Of a stretch of DNA of 64,000 nucleotides, positions 25,694 to 39,769 are shown in pieces (position 1 is the stretch's first letter; each line of letters opens with the position of its first letter). The stretch is from Podarcis tiliguerta (taxonomy: Eukaryota): NCBI GenBank assembly GCA_965153285.1, contig OZ229116.1; one strand, written 5' to 3'. Under the pieces are notes generated by a model. That model had not been told where the DNA came from. It saw only the letters and a program-made list of their open reading frames with translations, and made no database searches. The position numbers and the translations under genes were made by a program.

Positions 25694-26416
25694 CTTGGAA
25701 TAAAATAAAATAATTTGCACTCAACCATTCATCACATTACCAGTTTTTTTCCAGGATTCTCCAGTCATCTGTATTATAGCAAGTTCCTCTTCTATCAGCC
25801 TAACTTTTCCCCCCCAAGAAGCCCACACATATGGTGTTTATAAAATAGGTTTGTTTGACTTCATATGATTTCACTTTATTCTGGACTTCCTGCAGGGCAC
25901 ATATTCTTTCTTTTCAATTGCTGAAGATAATTCAATAATGTTGCCTTTCCAAACAATGAGCAATTTATTGCTTAAATGTCAAAAAAATTGCCAGGTTGAC
26001 TTAAAGTAGGACATGAGGCTAAGCTTGGAAGATGCTGCTGCATTTAATAAAATAAAATAAATAAAATAAAATAGCGTAGACAGTTTTCTGAGAAAATAAA
26101 CTTTGCACTGGTGTGGTCCACACGGACTAAAGGAAAGGATACATAATTCTGTATTTCATGGGCTTGTATCTTTTCATGAACTGAAAAATATCATACTATA
26201 TTATAGCTGAAAGTAATATGCAAAATTAAAACACATCTAAATAGCAAATCTATAAAAAAATGTTAGTTTAACATGTAAACAAATTGCAAGATGCTAGGAA
26301 AGCAACATCAAAAATACCAAGAACCCAGGTCTCTGGAATAAAAATGGCATTTGAAGTTTCAGAGTGCCTGGTGAGTATTTCTGTGAAGCAGATTCCAGTA
26401 CATCAGTGCTAGCATA

Positions 26417-26800
26417 AAAAGGTAAAGGTAAAGGACCCCTGACAGTCAAGTCCACTAGCAAAAAACTGTGGGGTTGCGGCGCTCATCTCGCTTTACAGGC
26501 TGAGGGAGCTGGCGTTTGTCCATAGACAGTTTTTCCTGGTCATGTGGTCAGCATGACTAAGTCGCTTCTGGCGCAATGAAACACCGAAACCAGAGCAGCG
26601 CACGGAAACACCATTTACCTTCCCACAGGAGTGGTACCTATTTATCTACATGCACTTTGGGTGTGCTTTCCAACTGCTAGGTTGGCAGGAGCTGGAACGA
26701 AGCAATGGAAGCTCACCCTGTCATGGGGATTTGGACCGCTGACCTTCTGATCAGCAAGCCCAAGAGGCTCAGTGGTTTAGACCACAGCACCACCCGCGTT
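26417..26800 (-). mobile_element. Sauria SINE (Squam1)
   Basis: Full length with (ACCTTT)n tail; TSD ctagcata at 26409-26416 and 26801-26808. Confidence 0.92.
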
Positions 26801-28287
26801 CTAGCATACAAAAGGCCATTGAGTGTATGCCACAACTGACCTAACTTCCATGAATAATATTTATTGGTTCAGAAAACTGCTTTGCTTAATATAATAATTT
26901 AAAGACTCTTGAAGTGGTTTACACAGAAGGTAATAGATGTACAAGCAACAACTTTCAATAAAATTCCTGAAAGCTAAGCAAGAGTCTGGAAATATACTAT
27001 GCCGTAACCATCATAACTCATGAGCCATCCCTGGAAATTCCCCAGATGTGTCAAAACGTAATGATTCCAGTTCCAATCGGCTGCCATTGAGAGGAACCTG
27101 ACCACCAACAGCAGAGCCCCCTAGAGACCTATGATGAACAAACACTGAGGCATACTAATGAGAAGATTAAAATTCCCAGAACGACTTATAGACACATGCT
27201 AATAAGTGCAGTGTAATTAACTGGCAAAGATAACCTATTTTCTAGGGATAACACATTTTAATCAGTATTTTCAAGCTGTGTTTTTCTGTTATCATTTCCT
27301 TGTGTTCCCCTTTTTAGGGCCTGAAACAACTTTATACTCCAAAGCCTTTAAAACTTCTGCAATAACTTCTAGGTCTTTGGAACTATCTACCTGGGTCATG
27401 TGAACTTAGGGCAAGCCCTCAAGTTACTCGCTTTTTAATACAAAGGGTATATTTCAAAATTAGAAACACTGTCATCACAGCCTTTAACTCTTCATAATCT
27501 CATACAGAAAGATTTGTGGAGTGTTCTGGCTTTGTAACCCTTATCTATATGTTCTGTTTTGTTCTGAAGAAGATGGGGCTGCTATTAATAGGAGCAGTTT
27601 CGTAACTAGACAATTGTCAACACAGGCAATGTTCTGCACAAGTCCTAGGGTTTTATATCACAGAGGAACAGAACATATTTTTTTTTGGGGGGGGGGTGAA
27701 TATGGTGCTACAATTGTGCAGTGGAGAGCTGTCCTAAACATCACAGCATTAAACAAAATATATATGTACCTCTCGGTTGACTTTGCTAAAGCACACATTT
27801 TAAAACTCAAGAATAAACTGAAGGAACAGATGGCATAGATGTGATTTTTTTAAAAAATGAAGTTCATAGCAATGGAGCATTTTATAAAGAGAAAAGAAAG
27901 CAAAAACAATGAACAGTAAACCATAGCAATATTGTGTCATTAGAGTTTGGGGGGCATTTAGATCTGCAGTAATATGTGTCCTTCAGATGACAAAAGCAGC
28001 AAGGGTAACACATTTTGTAGCGATGGGCAAAGCAAGTGAAATATATATATTTAGCCATCACATTGTGAACTGATGATGGAAGCTCTGGTAGAGATATCTC
28101 ATTTATTGGAACAATTCTATCAAGACTAGCAGGGATGCCAATGCAACACAGCTATGAAACTCCACTGGCACCTTGGAATGATTCAGTCCAAGAAAATAAA
28201 CCGAAAGCAATGTAGTATCTCAAGGAGTCTTTAAAAAAGAAGAAGCAACTTTGTAAACTTTTTTCAAAACTAACCAACCAATACTAC

Positions 28288-28484
28288 CAAAGGCTCTTAG
28301 GAAGAATGGGAACAATGCTGATTTTTCTAGAACTTTCACACAAGAAGCAAACAATAGGCTCATATTGGAAAGGGCGTGGGAACATTTTCTGCCATATTTA
28401 GCTTCTCAAATTCCCACTGAAGTACTGTTGATGTGTTCCTTTGCCTCAGCACTAGTTTTGCAAGAAGAACTTCAATTTGAAATT
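28288..28484 (-). pseudogene. Exon remnant, RGS C-terminal half following the 29.2 kb exon
   Basis: cttctgttccag acceptor; LQWEFEKLNMAENVPTP then VKVLEKSALFPFFLRAF|GT. Confidence 0.5.
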
Positions 28485-29202
28485 CTGGAACAGAAGATGT
28501 GAAATTTGTCACAGTTTGATTCCTTCAATTTATTTGAACCCCTTCCTCCCCTTCTCCCATGTTAAGTGATGCACATGGGCAAAAATGATATTTTAATATA
28601 AAGGTATATATGATTGCATAAAGATTATCTTTGGACAGTGTTAACCAACATACTCCTGTGTTACATTTCATTGTAACACACCATATACAAAAGAATCTTA
28701 ATACAATTATACATAATCACATCAATATTTCTTTTTATGCAAGTATTTTCTCAATGCATGTGTGTGCATCAGTGATATGATGTACCATTAGGTGGGAGAA
28801 AGATCTGGATGAACTAAGGAAACATAAAGCTCTAGGAAACAATAAAGCATGGATCAATGGAGTACTCCTAATGCATCCAAGTTTGGAAACAGGACCACAC
28901 AGTTAACCCTTCCAAAACCTAGAACATACTTATTATGTTTGCAGACCATTCCTGGAAGATTTCCAGTTTCCATTAAGTCTTCCTGAGAAAAGTCTCAAGA
29001 GGGTCAGGACAAGTCATTGTCTGAGCACTCCAATGATCCTTAAGCACTCTGCAAGTGCTCCCATGAAGATTCCCAGATGCTTCTTAAAACAATGAAAGTG
29101 CAATTGTATTCCAACAAAATTTAAGAAAATACCCCAGAATGATGGAAGTATCCAAGCACTACCATCCCAACCCCCCTATCAGTTATGCAGTTATTTCCTT
29201 AC

Positions 29203-29426
29203 CCCCAAGGATTGCCGCTGACACCACTAGCACTATCCTTGCTACCCCACCTCGGATCTGAATATTTCTGCAGCAGCAATGCCACAGCTGGGCTCTGGTA
29301 ATGCTGCAGCCACCACCAACTAGGGAAAGAGGATGGTGGGCCAGTTAGGCAGGGTTTTGAAGCTACTTTTACGGTCACAGGGCACTGGTTCACCATCCCA
29401 TCTTGCGTGAAAGCATTTACCAATTT
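29203..29426 (-). pseudogene. Exon remnant, RGS helices 1-4
   Basis: gcccttgcag acceptor and GG|GTAAGG donor; frameshifted composite PVTVKV/LQNPA*LA..../QLW/IAAAEIFRS. Confidence 0.45.
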
Positions 29427-32400
29427 CTGCAAGGGCAGAATCTAGAATCCACCCTCTCACCATCTAGTAAGCGAAGTTTGGATCTGGGCCATACTGAATT
29501 CTCCTACTCAACTATTGGTGGTTTTACCATAATGCCTTTGTTCAATGAAGATAGAAACTTGACTAGGATCCTTCCTTCCTTCCTTCCTTCCTCACTCTCT
29601 CAAACCCGAGTAGCCTTTTGTAAATAAGGAACAGACACTATTTTTTCTCTTATATGTTTGTGTTAAACAGAAAGCATTCTTATCAATTTACATTCTGATC
29701 CAGTAACGCATTGCAGTGGGGTTGCTTAAAAGCACATATCTCTCAGTTGTTAGGGAACCGATGAAAATGTGTTGATGGAACACCCAACTTCAGATTTGTA
29801 TGCTATATGAGAAAAAGTAATAGTCTTTTTGTCTCTACTTGGAAGACTCAAAAGAAAATATATATGCTGATTACCCTTGAATCATGAAATATTAATTTTT
29901 GACATCTGGGTTTTGTTCTCCTAGACATCCCATAAGGTTTATAAATCTGAAAACAGGGCCAGACATTTGGAAACTGATCCCTAAGTCAGGGAATGGTCCC
30001 TGCATTGTGCAGTCACATAGAAAATGAAAACCACCCAAAAATTGTTCCTTCTTGGCTATTGTTTCATGTGGTCAACTAGTTTGGACGCACTAGCCTGCCA
30101 TATGGATCAATCCCCCCCCCCCAGCGACATTTGTCTTCAAATTGATAACAAACATTTCTGAAAGCTGTATGCATGGAAGGCACACCCTGAGGGCCATTTC
30201 ATGCAGTGAGAGAGATATAATTGCGCAGCCAAGATATGGCAGCCCTGTTGCGAGAATCAGTCTTTTATTTCATCTCCTTAAGATGAAATCTTCACACCAG
30301 ATGTGAATGAATGTAAACAAAAATGAGAGGTTGGTTTTCGTAGGACTTCATTAATCATGTTAGGCATTATTAATCTTTCCACATGTGTCACTTGCTTAAA
30401 ATCAGTATGCTAACAGTATTCTTTTTTTTCTTTGACACACCCCGAATTTGCCTTTTTGAACAAATTGAACGCCGAGTTGTATTTTGGATAGTTGGAGATC
30501 TGGTGGCGTACATGTGTGAGAGATCACAAAATACTGAAGCAGACTGTAATGCACACCCACCACCTAGGTCACATCCACACTATACATTTAAAGCTCTCCT
30601 ATACTACTTTGGTTTGTTAAAGGGCCTAGAACTATAGCCCCATGAGGTCAGCTCACTTAAGAAACTACAGCTCACAGGATTCTTTGGGGGAACACATGAC
30701 TGTTTAAAGTGGTATCATAGCACTTTAAATGTAGGGTGTGGAATTTCCATCTTGGTGTATTAATATCCTGGCAAACAATTGTTTTTAGGCTCAATTACCC
30801 ACTTTATTGTTTGATGACACGATCAGGCCAAACTATAGATAGAGGATTGGACAAGGTTACCTTTGAAGTTCCTTCCAACTCTTCGAACCTATGATTCTTA
30901 GCTGCTGTGAAATCTTTGTTGTCAGACAAAGGTTCAAACTCATGTTCCACCTGGTAAGCTGATCATGTGCATACAGACATAGGACAAACCATGATTGCAG
31001 CTTGTAGTTTGTCTGGAGAGAGCTAAAACATAAGCCCAAATTCAGATGACACGCTAAACCAAACTATGTCTTAGCTCAGAGCAGTGGGGCTACAAATCAG
31101 CTGGGAAGAGATGAAGTGGATTTCCTCTCCAGAAGCCTCTGCACTCATACATTCACATTTACCATAATTCATGGTTTGATCTTATGTGACATGGAAACGT
31201 GGCCAATGTCATCTGCCATGGATTGCTAATACACATGAATGAAGATGGTCAGAAGCAAGGGAGGGCAAGGTTCCTGCATGTTCCATAGTTGCCTAACTGC
31301 TGAAGTTTCCTCTTTCATGCCATCGTTAATGGTACAGGGGCCCCAGGAAGAATGCAGGGTCACACGGTTCAGTCAGTTCAGTCAATGCAAGCATTTCTGT
31401 GTGCGTGATGGAACCATCTCTCCCCTACACCATTCCAGAAGTTCTTCCAACCACCTCAAGCCAATGGAGGTGGCACAGGCAGAGGAGGAGGAAAGTCCCT
31501 AGGTACTGATAGAAGTCCCTACATGGGCTTTGGCTAGTTTGAACCAGTTAGTTGAATCTGATTTCATCCCCCCCCTTTTTTTTTTTACATCTGGGGACCC
31601 TATAGGAAGCCAATCTTCACCACACATTACAATCTGTGCAGCGTGGGGCGTGGGGTGTGGAATCACACCACATTTTAACCAAAACAATGAATGCAGCAAA
31701 AGTGGAGCAACTGTTCCAGTTGTTAAGTTGGTTGCCTGTTCGGGTAGAAGGAGGACAACATCTGGTTTATGGACACCTTAAAAAGGCTCGGAATACTAAG
31801 GTGGTGAGGCTTGCCCCTTGTCACAATCCCCTATCATTGATGATGACGGCAACTCTTTGACTGCTTTCAAATTGTATCTTTATAAAGAAAGAGCAAAAAA
31901 CCCCAGCCACAAGGCTGACAACTTGTTGAAGGGAAAGGAGCAACAAAAGGCTTTGCTTAATGATTTCAGAACTCTGAAACAATTCCAGAGCAGTGTTAAA
32001 AAAAATGGGGGGGGGCCTCAAAAACTTAGTTCTAAGCCAACACAGTATTTTTTTCCAAATGGTTCACACATCTGCAGATCCAATTACGTGCATATTGTTC
32101 TTTGTAGGATGCAATTTTGTTTTATTGCCAACAGAAACTGAAAAGCTATTTCAGCTGGGTCTGTGTCAAGCAAATATGGTATCTGAACTCTATTGGCCTA
32201 CAGAATGGAGGTGTTTATTCCAAGGTGTCCTGTGATGGAGTAGTTTGAAACTGAAAACTATATTGTATCTCTAATGGACACCCCCCCCCTCTTTAAACTG
32301 TTTGCCTATTTGGTTTATGGTGGGTGGGAGGGGGGAACACAATAATAATTAGTTACAACCCCTGTTCAATTATTTTTCAACCCACGGCATGCCTTTGAAT

Positions 32401-32863
32401 CATCATACTCTACGGATCCCTTGGGTGCTTAATCCATAAAATGAAAACAATGAAGGAAATGGAGAAACTGACATAGTGTGTGGGGTGGTTTTTTTCTTTC
32501 CTTTCCAGGGGGAGAGACGGCAAAGGAAACCTAGGAAACCAAAGCAGCTGAAAACAAAGGAAGTGAGACAATGGAAGAAACAGTTACTGCAGATATATAT
32601 GAAGAATGATATGAATATAGCAATATAACCACCTTATATTTACCTAAATTAATGAAGAAAACTTTGGCGGTTTTCATTGGTTGGTTTTTTATTTTTTAAA
32701 AAATGTATTTTTAAAGTCTTTTTATTTTGTTAAGCGTGGCATACAGCTGGTCTTCCGTTGCTCTCCACTTGATAAATAAATAAAGGCACCAAACCTGCAG
32801 ACTGGAAGGGTTTCCAAGAGGCACAAAATGATGACTATTACTACCGCCTAAATGAGAGCATAC

Positions 32864-33108
32864 TTGGGAGGAGGTCAGGCTGGGGAGATCGGAATCAGTG
32901 GGAAAGACCTCCTTGAAGGTTTTTGAAAGCGGGACACACTTTTCAAGGAGGGAAAATGTTCACCAAATATGTCCTGCTGCTCCTGTTTCAGATGAGTTCT
33001 AGTTTCTAGGTCTAAAACTTTGCTGGAGTTTAAGATCGGTAAGTTGGGAATTCCACATGCTTCCTGTAACTTCCTTTGCCACACTCCAGAGCCAGAAAGT
33101 TGAAAGAT
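32864..33108 (-). pseudogene. Candidate exon remnant (linker-like)
   Basis: ttttattattgcatcag acceptor and GTATGC donor; nearly open 77-codon frame IFQLSGSG...IPISPA*. Confidence 0.3.
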
Positions 33109-34951
33109 CTGATGCAATAATAAAACTTAACACAAGGGAGGGCCACACTGAAATGCCCAACTGGATCAGCCTTAGGGCTCATCTACACTTCCGCTTGACC
33201 CGTTCCTAAAAAACACAGGTCTGAGCAGTTTTCCTCTTGCTCTGCTACTTTCCCAGGGAAAACCTGCTCTTCAGCTCTAAATCAGAGCAAGTATCAATCC
33301 AGAATTGCCCCCCCCCCCATTGTGTGCTAAAGAGATGTTTTCCTTCCGGGGGAAAGCAGTGGGAGAAGAGGAAGTGTGGCTAAGCCCTTAATTGCCCTTT
33401 TAATTGTCTGCAGCCTGTTGCCAACAATGACTAGTCAACTGCTAGTAGTAGGCTTTGCAGGCAAACATAAAGAAAACAGCCCTCCATATTGTTGGTTCCT
33501 AGCACCTGGTACTCAAAGGTATACTTTCATTGCACAATCATAGGTGATGGCCACAGACCAAACTTTCACTAATTTGACTAATGGTGACATCTAAGCTGCA
33601 GTCCTAAACACTCTTACCTCAGAATTCAGTAGGACTTACTTCTGAATAGATATAGTGCTCGGATTCTGAGGTTAAGTCTGAATACTTAAACCTTGGGTCC
33701 TCATCTGCTGTTGGACTACAAATCCCACCATCCTCTGACAAATTAGCCAATAGTCAGGGATGATGGGAGTTGTTGTCCAACATCTAGGGACCTAAGGTTG
33801 AAGAAAGCTTATTTAAGCTAGTGACCACACCAGTTGGGAGTGCAGAAACAGTTAACAGGTATATGCTGTTGAAACTGCTGTTTACCTAAGCTATCCTTTA
33901 ATAATAATATTTATTATCTAAAGCCACCTGCAAAAATCTAGACACTGCACAAATCTTTGTGCAGCTTGTTGGCTTATGATTGATCAACTAAGAAGCCATT
34001 TATTCCAATTATAACACCACCACCCAGTCTTTTTGTTTATACTGACAGCAGAATGATGGCGTTCCTTTAAAAATAGACAGTATTCTGTGTAATAAAACTC
34101 AACTATATGCATCCATGGAGTATGTAGGTTGTTACTAGCCTTGGAAAGGCTGAAGATCAAGGCTGAGTAAACTATAAAAAGAAAACATGCAGTCTGAAAT
34201 AAGCTTCTTCTTCATGCCCCAAAGGCTTGCTAGGTCAAGCAAAGAGAAACTTGATAAAAAAAAAATAGTTTGAACAAAGACTACTGACTTCAACTGTTTC
34301 AAAATGTTAAATGGATACCAGTATTTCATGCTAGAAAACAATAAATGATAGGATTTCTTAATTTCTGCAACATTACACAGCTTGAGTATAATGATGTGAT
34401 AAGTGTCTGGCTGTTAAGCAGAAAGTTGGTGGTTCAAGCCCACCCAGGGACGGCTGTGGTTCCACTAGATGACCCTCAAGGTCCCTTCAAACTTGATGAT
34501 TCTGTCAAATCTATGAAATCATATTGAGGTAGAATTGGGAGTATTGTAAATCTCCCCATCTGGAGTGACCCAAGTAACACATACAAATGGGATAAATGAA
34601 GCCTGGCAGTCCTTACACATATGTAGCCATCACCAGAATTATTTATGTACTGTATGTGTATTTTGTGGTTGAAAAAACATGCTGCTGTACTCAGGTGAAA
34701 CCTCTGACAGGAAGCAAAAACTCTACTCAGTCAATATTTCCATGTGCTTATGATGGGCCTGAGGCCAGCTGGGCCATTATGCACGGAATAAAATGGAAAT
34801 GGCTAAACCCTGAGCATTCTTCAAGTGTTACCTATTTGGTTTAAAAAATCTGTGAGGGATTAGTATACTACCTCTCTCCCATTGTTGTTCCCATCAGCCT
34901 CTAACTCTGGAGACCAATTCTGTGAAGCAGGGAGACCTCTGTACCTATGGA

Positions 34952-35247
34952 CAGTGCCAGATTACCAAATAGGCAGAGTAGGCACTGGCCTATAGGCCCC
35001 ACACCTTTTAGGGGCCCTGCAACAATAGATCAAAATAATATTGATTTGATCTTGAAAGAAAATTACAATCAAGCTTTCATAATTCAATGCTATCCCACTA
35101 GAGCGTGCACGAGAAACCTCTTGATAGGAAGCTTTCTGGGAGTTAGTATGTCGTGAGCTCCAGCTGACCCCAGATCCTAGTAGAATATTCACAAGTATTG
35201 CAAGGAGCCTACGAGAGTTTGACTGCCTAGGGTTTAATCTGGCACTG
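34952..35247. mobile_element. hAT non-autonomous element
   Basis: 13-bp TIR CAGTGCCAGATTA; 8-bp TSD cctatgga/cccatgga. Confidence 0.85.
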
Positions 35248-35357
35248 CCCATGGAAGCTTACCACGCATTTGGGGACCCTAGTTTTCCAGACCTCCAAAA
35301 TGTGTGGGAAGCCTCCACAAATACAGCAGACTCCTCACAGTCACCTATTGCACTCAC

Positions 35358-35521
35358 CATCCCTAGCTGATATTTTTTCTGAACCCAAAAAGGTATTGCC
35401 ATTTATTACAAAAGGGAAGATCTAAGACTTTTTGAAAAAAGCTGGAGAGATTTCTTGAAGACATAAGCCAAGTCCAATAAGATCTTCAGATACGTTCAGA
35501 CCACTTTCTAATGGCTTCTTT
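35358..35521 (-). pseudogene. Exon remnant, RGS helices 6-9
   Basis: cctcttaaatag acceptor and ATG|GTGAGT donor (164 nt); KKPLESGLNVSEDLIGLGLCLQEISPAFFKKS* with overlapping frame QKVLDLPFCNKWQY and TFLGSE. Confidence 0.6.
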
Positions 35522-36046
35522 CTATTTAAGAGGAATCTTTTGGAATTAGTCCAGGCTAATTCATGGGGCCATTTCAAGCAGTGTTTACACCTATCTGACT
35601 AGCAGAGTGCCTAATTCACGAGGCTCTCCAGTAAACGGCTTACAGTATTGTTTGATACAGTACATTGGTTGGTGCTTTTGAGGACTATGGCACGACGACT
35701 GCTGTGCCTGAATTAACTAGAGCAGAAATTTACTAAGTTCAATACAGAGCAGAGCAATTGAAACCCACCCTGCATAGCCAGCTAAAAGAGTGTAAGCTCT
35801 CTTTGTCTGCATCTCAGGCCGCCTGCTTTGAAGTAAAATCCTATCAAGTAAAGCCCTTGAGGCCTTGTCGACAGAGGAGATCAATTGTAGGCTGGTAGAT
35901 TAGTTAAAGGTAATTTCGTTGGAAGGAATTTTCAGCAGGATTCATCATGGTACCTTTTATTATGATTATTATTGGTGCTACAAAATATTTCAACACCAAA
36001 TCCTTCAGCCACATAACCACTTAAAATTCATGTGGTTGTTTTTTTT

Positions 36047-36299
36047 AGAAGAGAAGAAGAAGAGTTTGGATTTGATATCCCACCTTTCACTCCCTTTAAG
36101 GAGTCTCAAAGCGGCTAACATTCTCCTTTCCCTTCCTCCCCCACAACAAACACTCTGTGAGGTGAGCGGGGCTGAGAGACTTCAGAGAAGTGTGACTGGC
36201 CCAAGGTCACCCAGCAGCTGCATGTGGAGGAGCGGAGACGCGAACCCGGTTCCCCAGATTACGAGACTACCGCTCTTAACCACTACACCACACTGGCTC
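36047..36299 (-). mobile_element. MIR/CORE-type tRNA SINE (Squam3-like)
   Basis: tRNA-like A/B boxes, CORE motif GTGACCTTGGGC.AGTCAC, (CTT)n tail; five similar copies in the window. Confidence 0.88.
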
Positions 36300-36889
36300 T
36301 TTTATTATCAGGTTCTTCAGTAGGATGACTACACTGCATGTGAAACATAAATGCTACCTTATATACTACATACAGTAGCCCAAAGAGATAGCAGGTGGGA
36401 CACTCGGAACATTTTCCCTCTAAAGAATGAAATGCAAGCAAAACAAGATGCTCATCAAGATTAGGCCACATTGTCCCACAATGTGAATTCAGACATATGT
36501 TATTTGAGCAGTGAAACTCATTCAGTGTGTTTTGGCCACAGGCAGGTTGGGCATCAGGACACCTGTCAAAAGTGATATTGACAGCCTCCTAGTCATGATG
36601 CTCCTCCTTCTCCGTTAGCGTAGAGTGATTAAAAAGAGGACAGAGCTCATACACCTTCAAGAGTTATGTAGAAGAGGGGAATATAGAAAATTTAGCTGAC
36701 TATATAAGTAACAGCTGCTGGATTCCCTCTCCCAGAAGCCACTCCCAGCAGGTAGGTTATTGTTCTTTACTGGGGGTTAGAGAGAGGGGTGTGAAGTGAT
36801 GTGGTGGTTGTCGCAGTGCGAACAGGCTGGTGAAAGCTCTGGGTGGGCTCCGCTGGTGCATTTGCACTACAGCAACCACCCCACCATCT

Positions 36890-37680
36890 TGTCCCTCCTC
36901 CTCAAGAATGGCCCATTTGCTGGGAAGCTAGCGTAGTGGCTCCACGCCACCCAGCAACCTGTTTCTGCCCTCTTCTACATAACTGTTGAAGGTGCAGAAG
37001 CCCTGCCCCACCTTTCTTCTGACTACCCCATACTCCCTGCCTCAATGCCTGCTTACTTGTTGTCACCGAGTATAAAAGGAGTGACAAGAGTGTAGGTATC
37101 AAGGTATCAATTGGTGTCTTGCACTTTCCTTGTGCTCTTATTTTGGAGGGATGTGCCAGTAGGGGGGGGGCACCATGCACCTGACCTCCTGGCAGTGGAA
37201 TTGCTGCCATTTACTGGAGTTGGGGGAGAGAGATGGGTGAGGCAGTGGGAAGGACAATGCTATTTAGATACGCAGACAGGAACGCCATATTGGCTCTGCA
37301 GGTGCATGTGGAGAAAAACTGTCTCCTGACCATCTTCTTCTCCAAGTAAGCTGCAGTGCCCTGCTGCTGGGAGGTCAGGTATGTGGTGCAACCTCTCCCC
37401 ACTGGTCACTACTGTACTGTGCAGATTAGGCTGGGAAGAAGAGTCCAAGCAAAAAGGCACTAGAGGGTTGGCTGAAAAAGAATGTGTCCGCTGGAATGAA
37501 AAAAGTTGTCTGCCTTTGGATGGAATAATTTTGCTGCCGGTTTGAAAGTGTCCAGGGAACAGGAGGGCTGTGAGATGTGCAGATCCAAGGCTTCTCCTGT
37601 TCTATCCCTGACACAACCATTTTCATCCTCTCCCACTGTCAGAGAAGTGGTGGCAACAGAGCTTTTGACCCATGTCAATA
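36890..37680 (-). pseudogene. Candidate large decayed exon
   Basis: Non-repetitive coding-like stretch with overlapping minus-strand ORFs: SD-QWG/GCTTYLTSQQQGTAAYL and SKWAILEEE. Many frameshifts; weak. Confidence 0.28.
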
Positions 37681-37687
37681 AGCTTTC

Positions 37688-37975
37688 ATAAGAACATAAG
37701 AAGAGCCTGCTGGATCACACCCATTGTTTTCTCACAGTGATCAACAAGAGCCAAAAGCAAGAGCACTTTCCCTTGCTGTAGATCCCAATAAGTGGCACTC
37801 AAAAGCATTCCTGCAGAACATAGCCATGATGGCTATGTTTATGGTTATCTAATCCTCTTTGATAGCCATTCAAATTGGTGGCCATCACAGCCCCCAGTGG
37901 GAGCAAGTTCCATAATTTAACTATGTGCTGCATGAAGAAGTACTTTTTTTTATCTGTCCTAAATCGTCAAACATT
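37688..37975 (-). mobile_element. CR1/L3 3' fragment
   Basis: cataagaacataag tail and ORF2-end sequence matching 58.7-59.6 kb. Confidence 0.7.
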
Positions 37976-38039
37976 CTGGACCTCTCCAGGGCTGGGCCCC
38001 CTTTTCTGACCATTGGACCTCCTCACTCCCTAATAAGGG

Positions 38040-38474
38040 AGTTATGCAGTATGGAAGTGAGAGCTGGACCATAAAAAAGGCTGATCGCCGAAGAATTGAT
38101 GCTTTTGAATTATGGTGCTGGAGGAGACTCTTGATAGTCCCTTGGACTGCAAGAAGATCAAACCTATCCATTCTGAAGGAAATCAGCCCTGAGTGCTCAC
38201 TGGAAGGACAGATCCTGAAGCTGAGGCTCCAATACTTTGGCCACCTCATGAGAAGAGAAGACTCCCTGGAAAAGACCCTGATGCTGGGAAAGATGGAGGG
38301 CACAAGGAGAAGGGGACGACAGAGGAAGAGATGGTTGGACAGTGTTCTCGAAGCTACCAGCATGAGTTTGACCAAGCTGTGGGAGGGAGTGGAAGGCAGG
38401 AGTGCCTGGCATGCTCTGGTCCATGGGGTCACGAAGAGTCGGACACGACTAAACAAGTAAACTACAACAACAAA
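38040..38474 (+). mobile_element. Bov-B (RTE) LINE 3' fragment
   Basis: 138-aa frame YGSESWTIKKADRRRIDAFELWCWRRLL...HGVTKSRTRLN, typical RTE/Bov-B C-terminus, with a (CAA)n tail. Confidence 0.93.
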
Positions 38475-39019
38475 GCAGCATCCTATGGTCATCCTGAACG
38501 TGAGTCTAGGATTCCTCACTATGTGTGCATCCTCTGCTGCCAGGGCTTTGCAGAATAATGGAACCACCACCACATCTACAGCTCATGGTTCTCATGCTAG
38601 CTCCAGGCTGATGCAATGATTGAGTCCAATGATGTCACATGATAGCGGTGAGAGCACCTCAGGATCCAGCCCAGCCCAGCCCCTTCTCACCCCCAGAACA
38701 CACCATTGGGGGGGGGGTTCTGCTGGCCTCCACCAACAGGGATACCATCAGCAGATCTTTCACCTGCATGTTCTGTGGGTTCTGAGAGGCTGGCTCAGTT
38801 TAGAGAGCTAAGAAGGGTGCCTTGGCTTAGCTCAACCCACCCAGTGCCTGCAAGGTGTATCTGGGGGCTGTTTTGAATTGCTCTGTAAATGTGTTTGGAA
38901 ATCGTGTAATTACATCACAATGTAGCAGTCAGCAGAAGTATTACTCTCATTTAGAATACAGAATATTTCAAATAGATGGTGTTTTATTGGCTTTGACACT
39001 TCTGAACCATAATTCTCAC

Positions 39020-39224
39020 TTTGTGTGGCAAACATTTATGGACATTTATATTCAAGGATTTTGAAAATGACAAAAAAGCCTGATTGACTTTAGAGTCCCA
39101 TAATTGTATGAAAATTAGTCTGATTGCAAAATACTGGCTTTTTTCGTAAGCTGTGTTGATTGCCAGAGCAATTTCTTCAACCCCTTTTGGGGACAAATTG
39201 CTTCTCTTATTATAAAAGTAATTG
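39020..39224 (-). pseudogene. Exon remnant, RGS-like
   Basis: Open frame NYFYNKRSNLSPKGVEEIALAINTAYEKSQYFAIRLIFIQLWDSKVNQAFLSFSKS ending at a GTGAGA donor; acceptor is weak. Confidence 0.4.
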
Positions 39225-39769
39225 CTTTTAACATGTTTCACTGTACTGTTCCCTCCCCCCCCCCCCAAAAAAATGATTTTGTCTGAGAAAGATTTGGGAC
39301 TGGGCTGTGTGATATGTACCAAGATGCATACAGATTTCTGAACATATATTACATGTTTGCCTCAAATATGCAAGCATGTGCTGAGGTAGAGTATAGCCTT
39401 GCTTATAGATTTTATGTTGTTTAAGTGAGAATGTTAAACTTACCCAAGGGCTTGAACTTCACAACAACCCAAATTGTATTAAATAATCCAAATAGGAAGA
39501 GAGCTGGACTGGGTGAGATTTACTACAGAAGCACTGAAAAAAGCATGTAAAGGTTAATAACTGTAGGATTACCAATAAATAGGCTCAATTAATTATGGCA
39601 CTGAATGTAAATCTCAGTATTGCTTCCTCTACAACTACCTGTTGGCACCAAATGAAGCCTGGCTAATTTTGTAACATTTGCTCATCCCAAGATGCATAAA
39701 TGTTTTTTCAACAGCATAGAATTGTCATTTTAGAGTAGCTTATTTCTTACTCTGGAATAGAGTATATAC

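Noticed and set aside
28330-28503. Plus-strand frame LILERAWEHFL... after a ttttctag acceptor
   Set aside because: No partner plus-strand exons found; it is antisense to a better-supported minus-strand remnant.
37959-38573. Longest ORF (204 aa, minus strand)
   Set aside because: Antisense frame of the Bov-B fragment.
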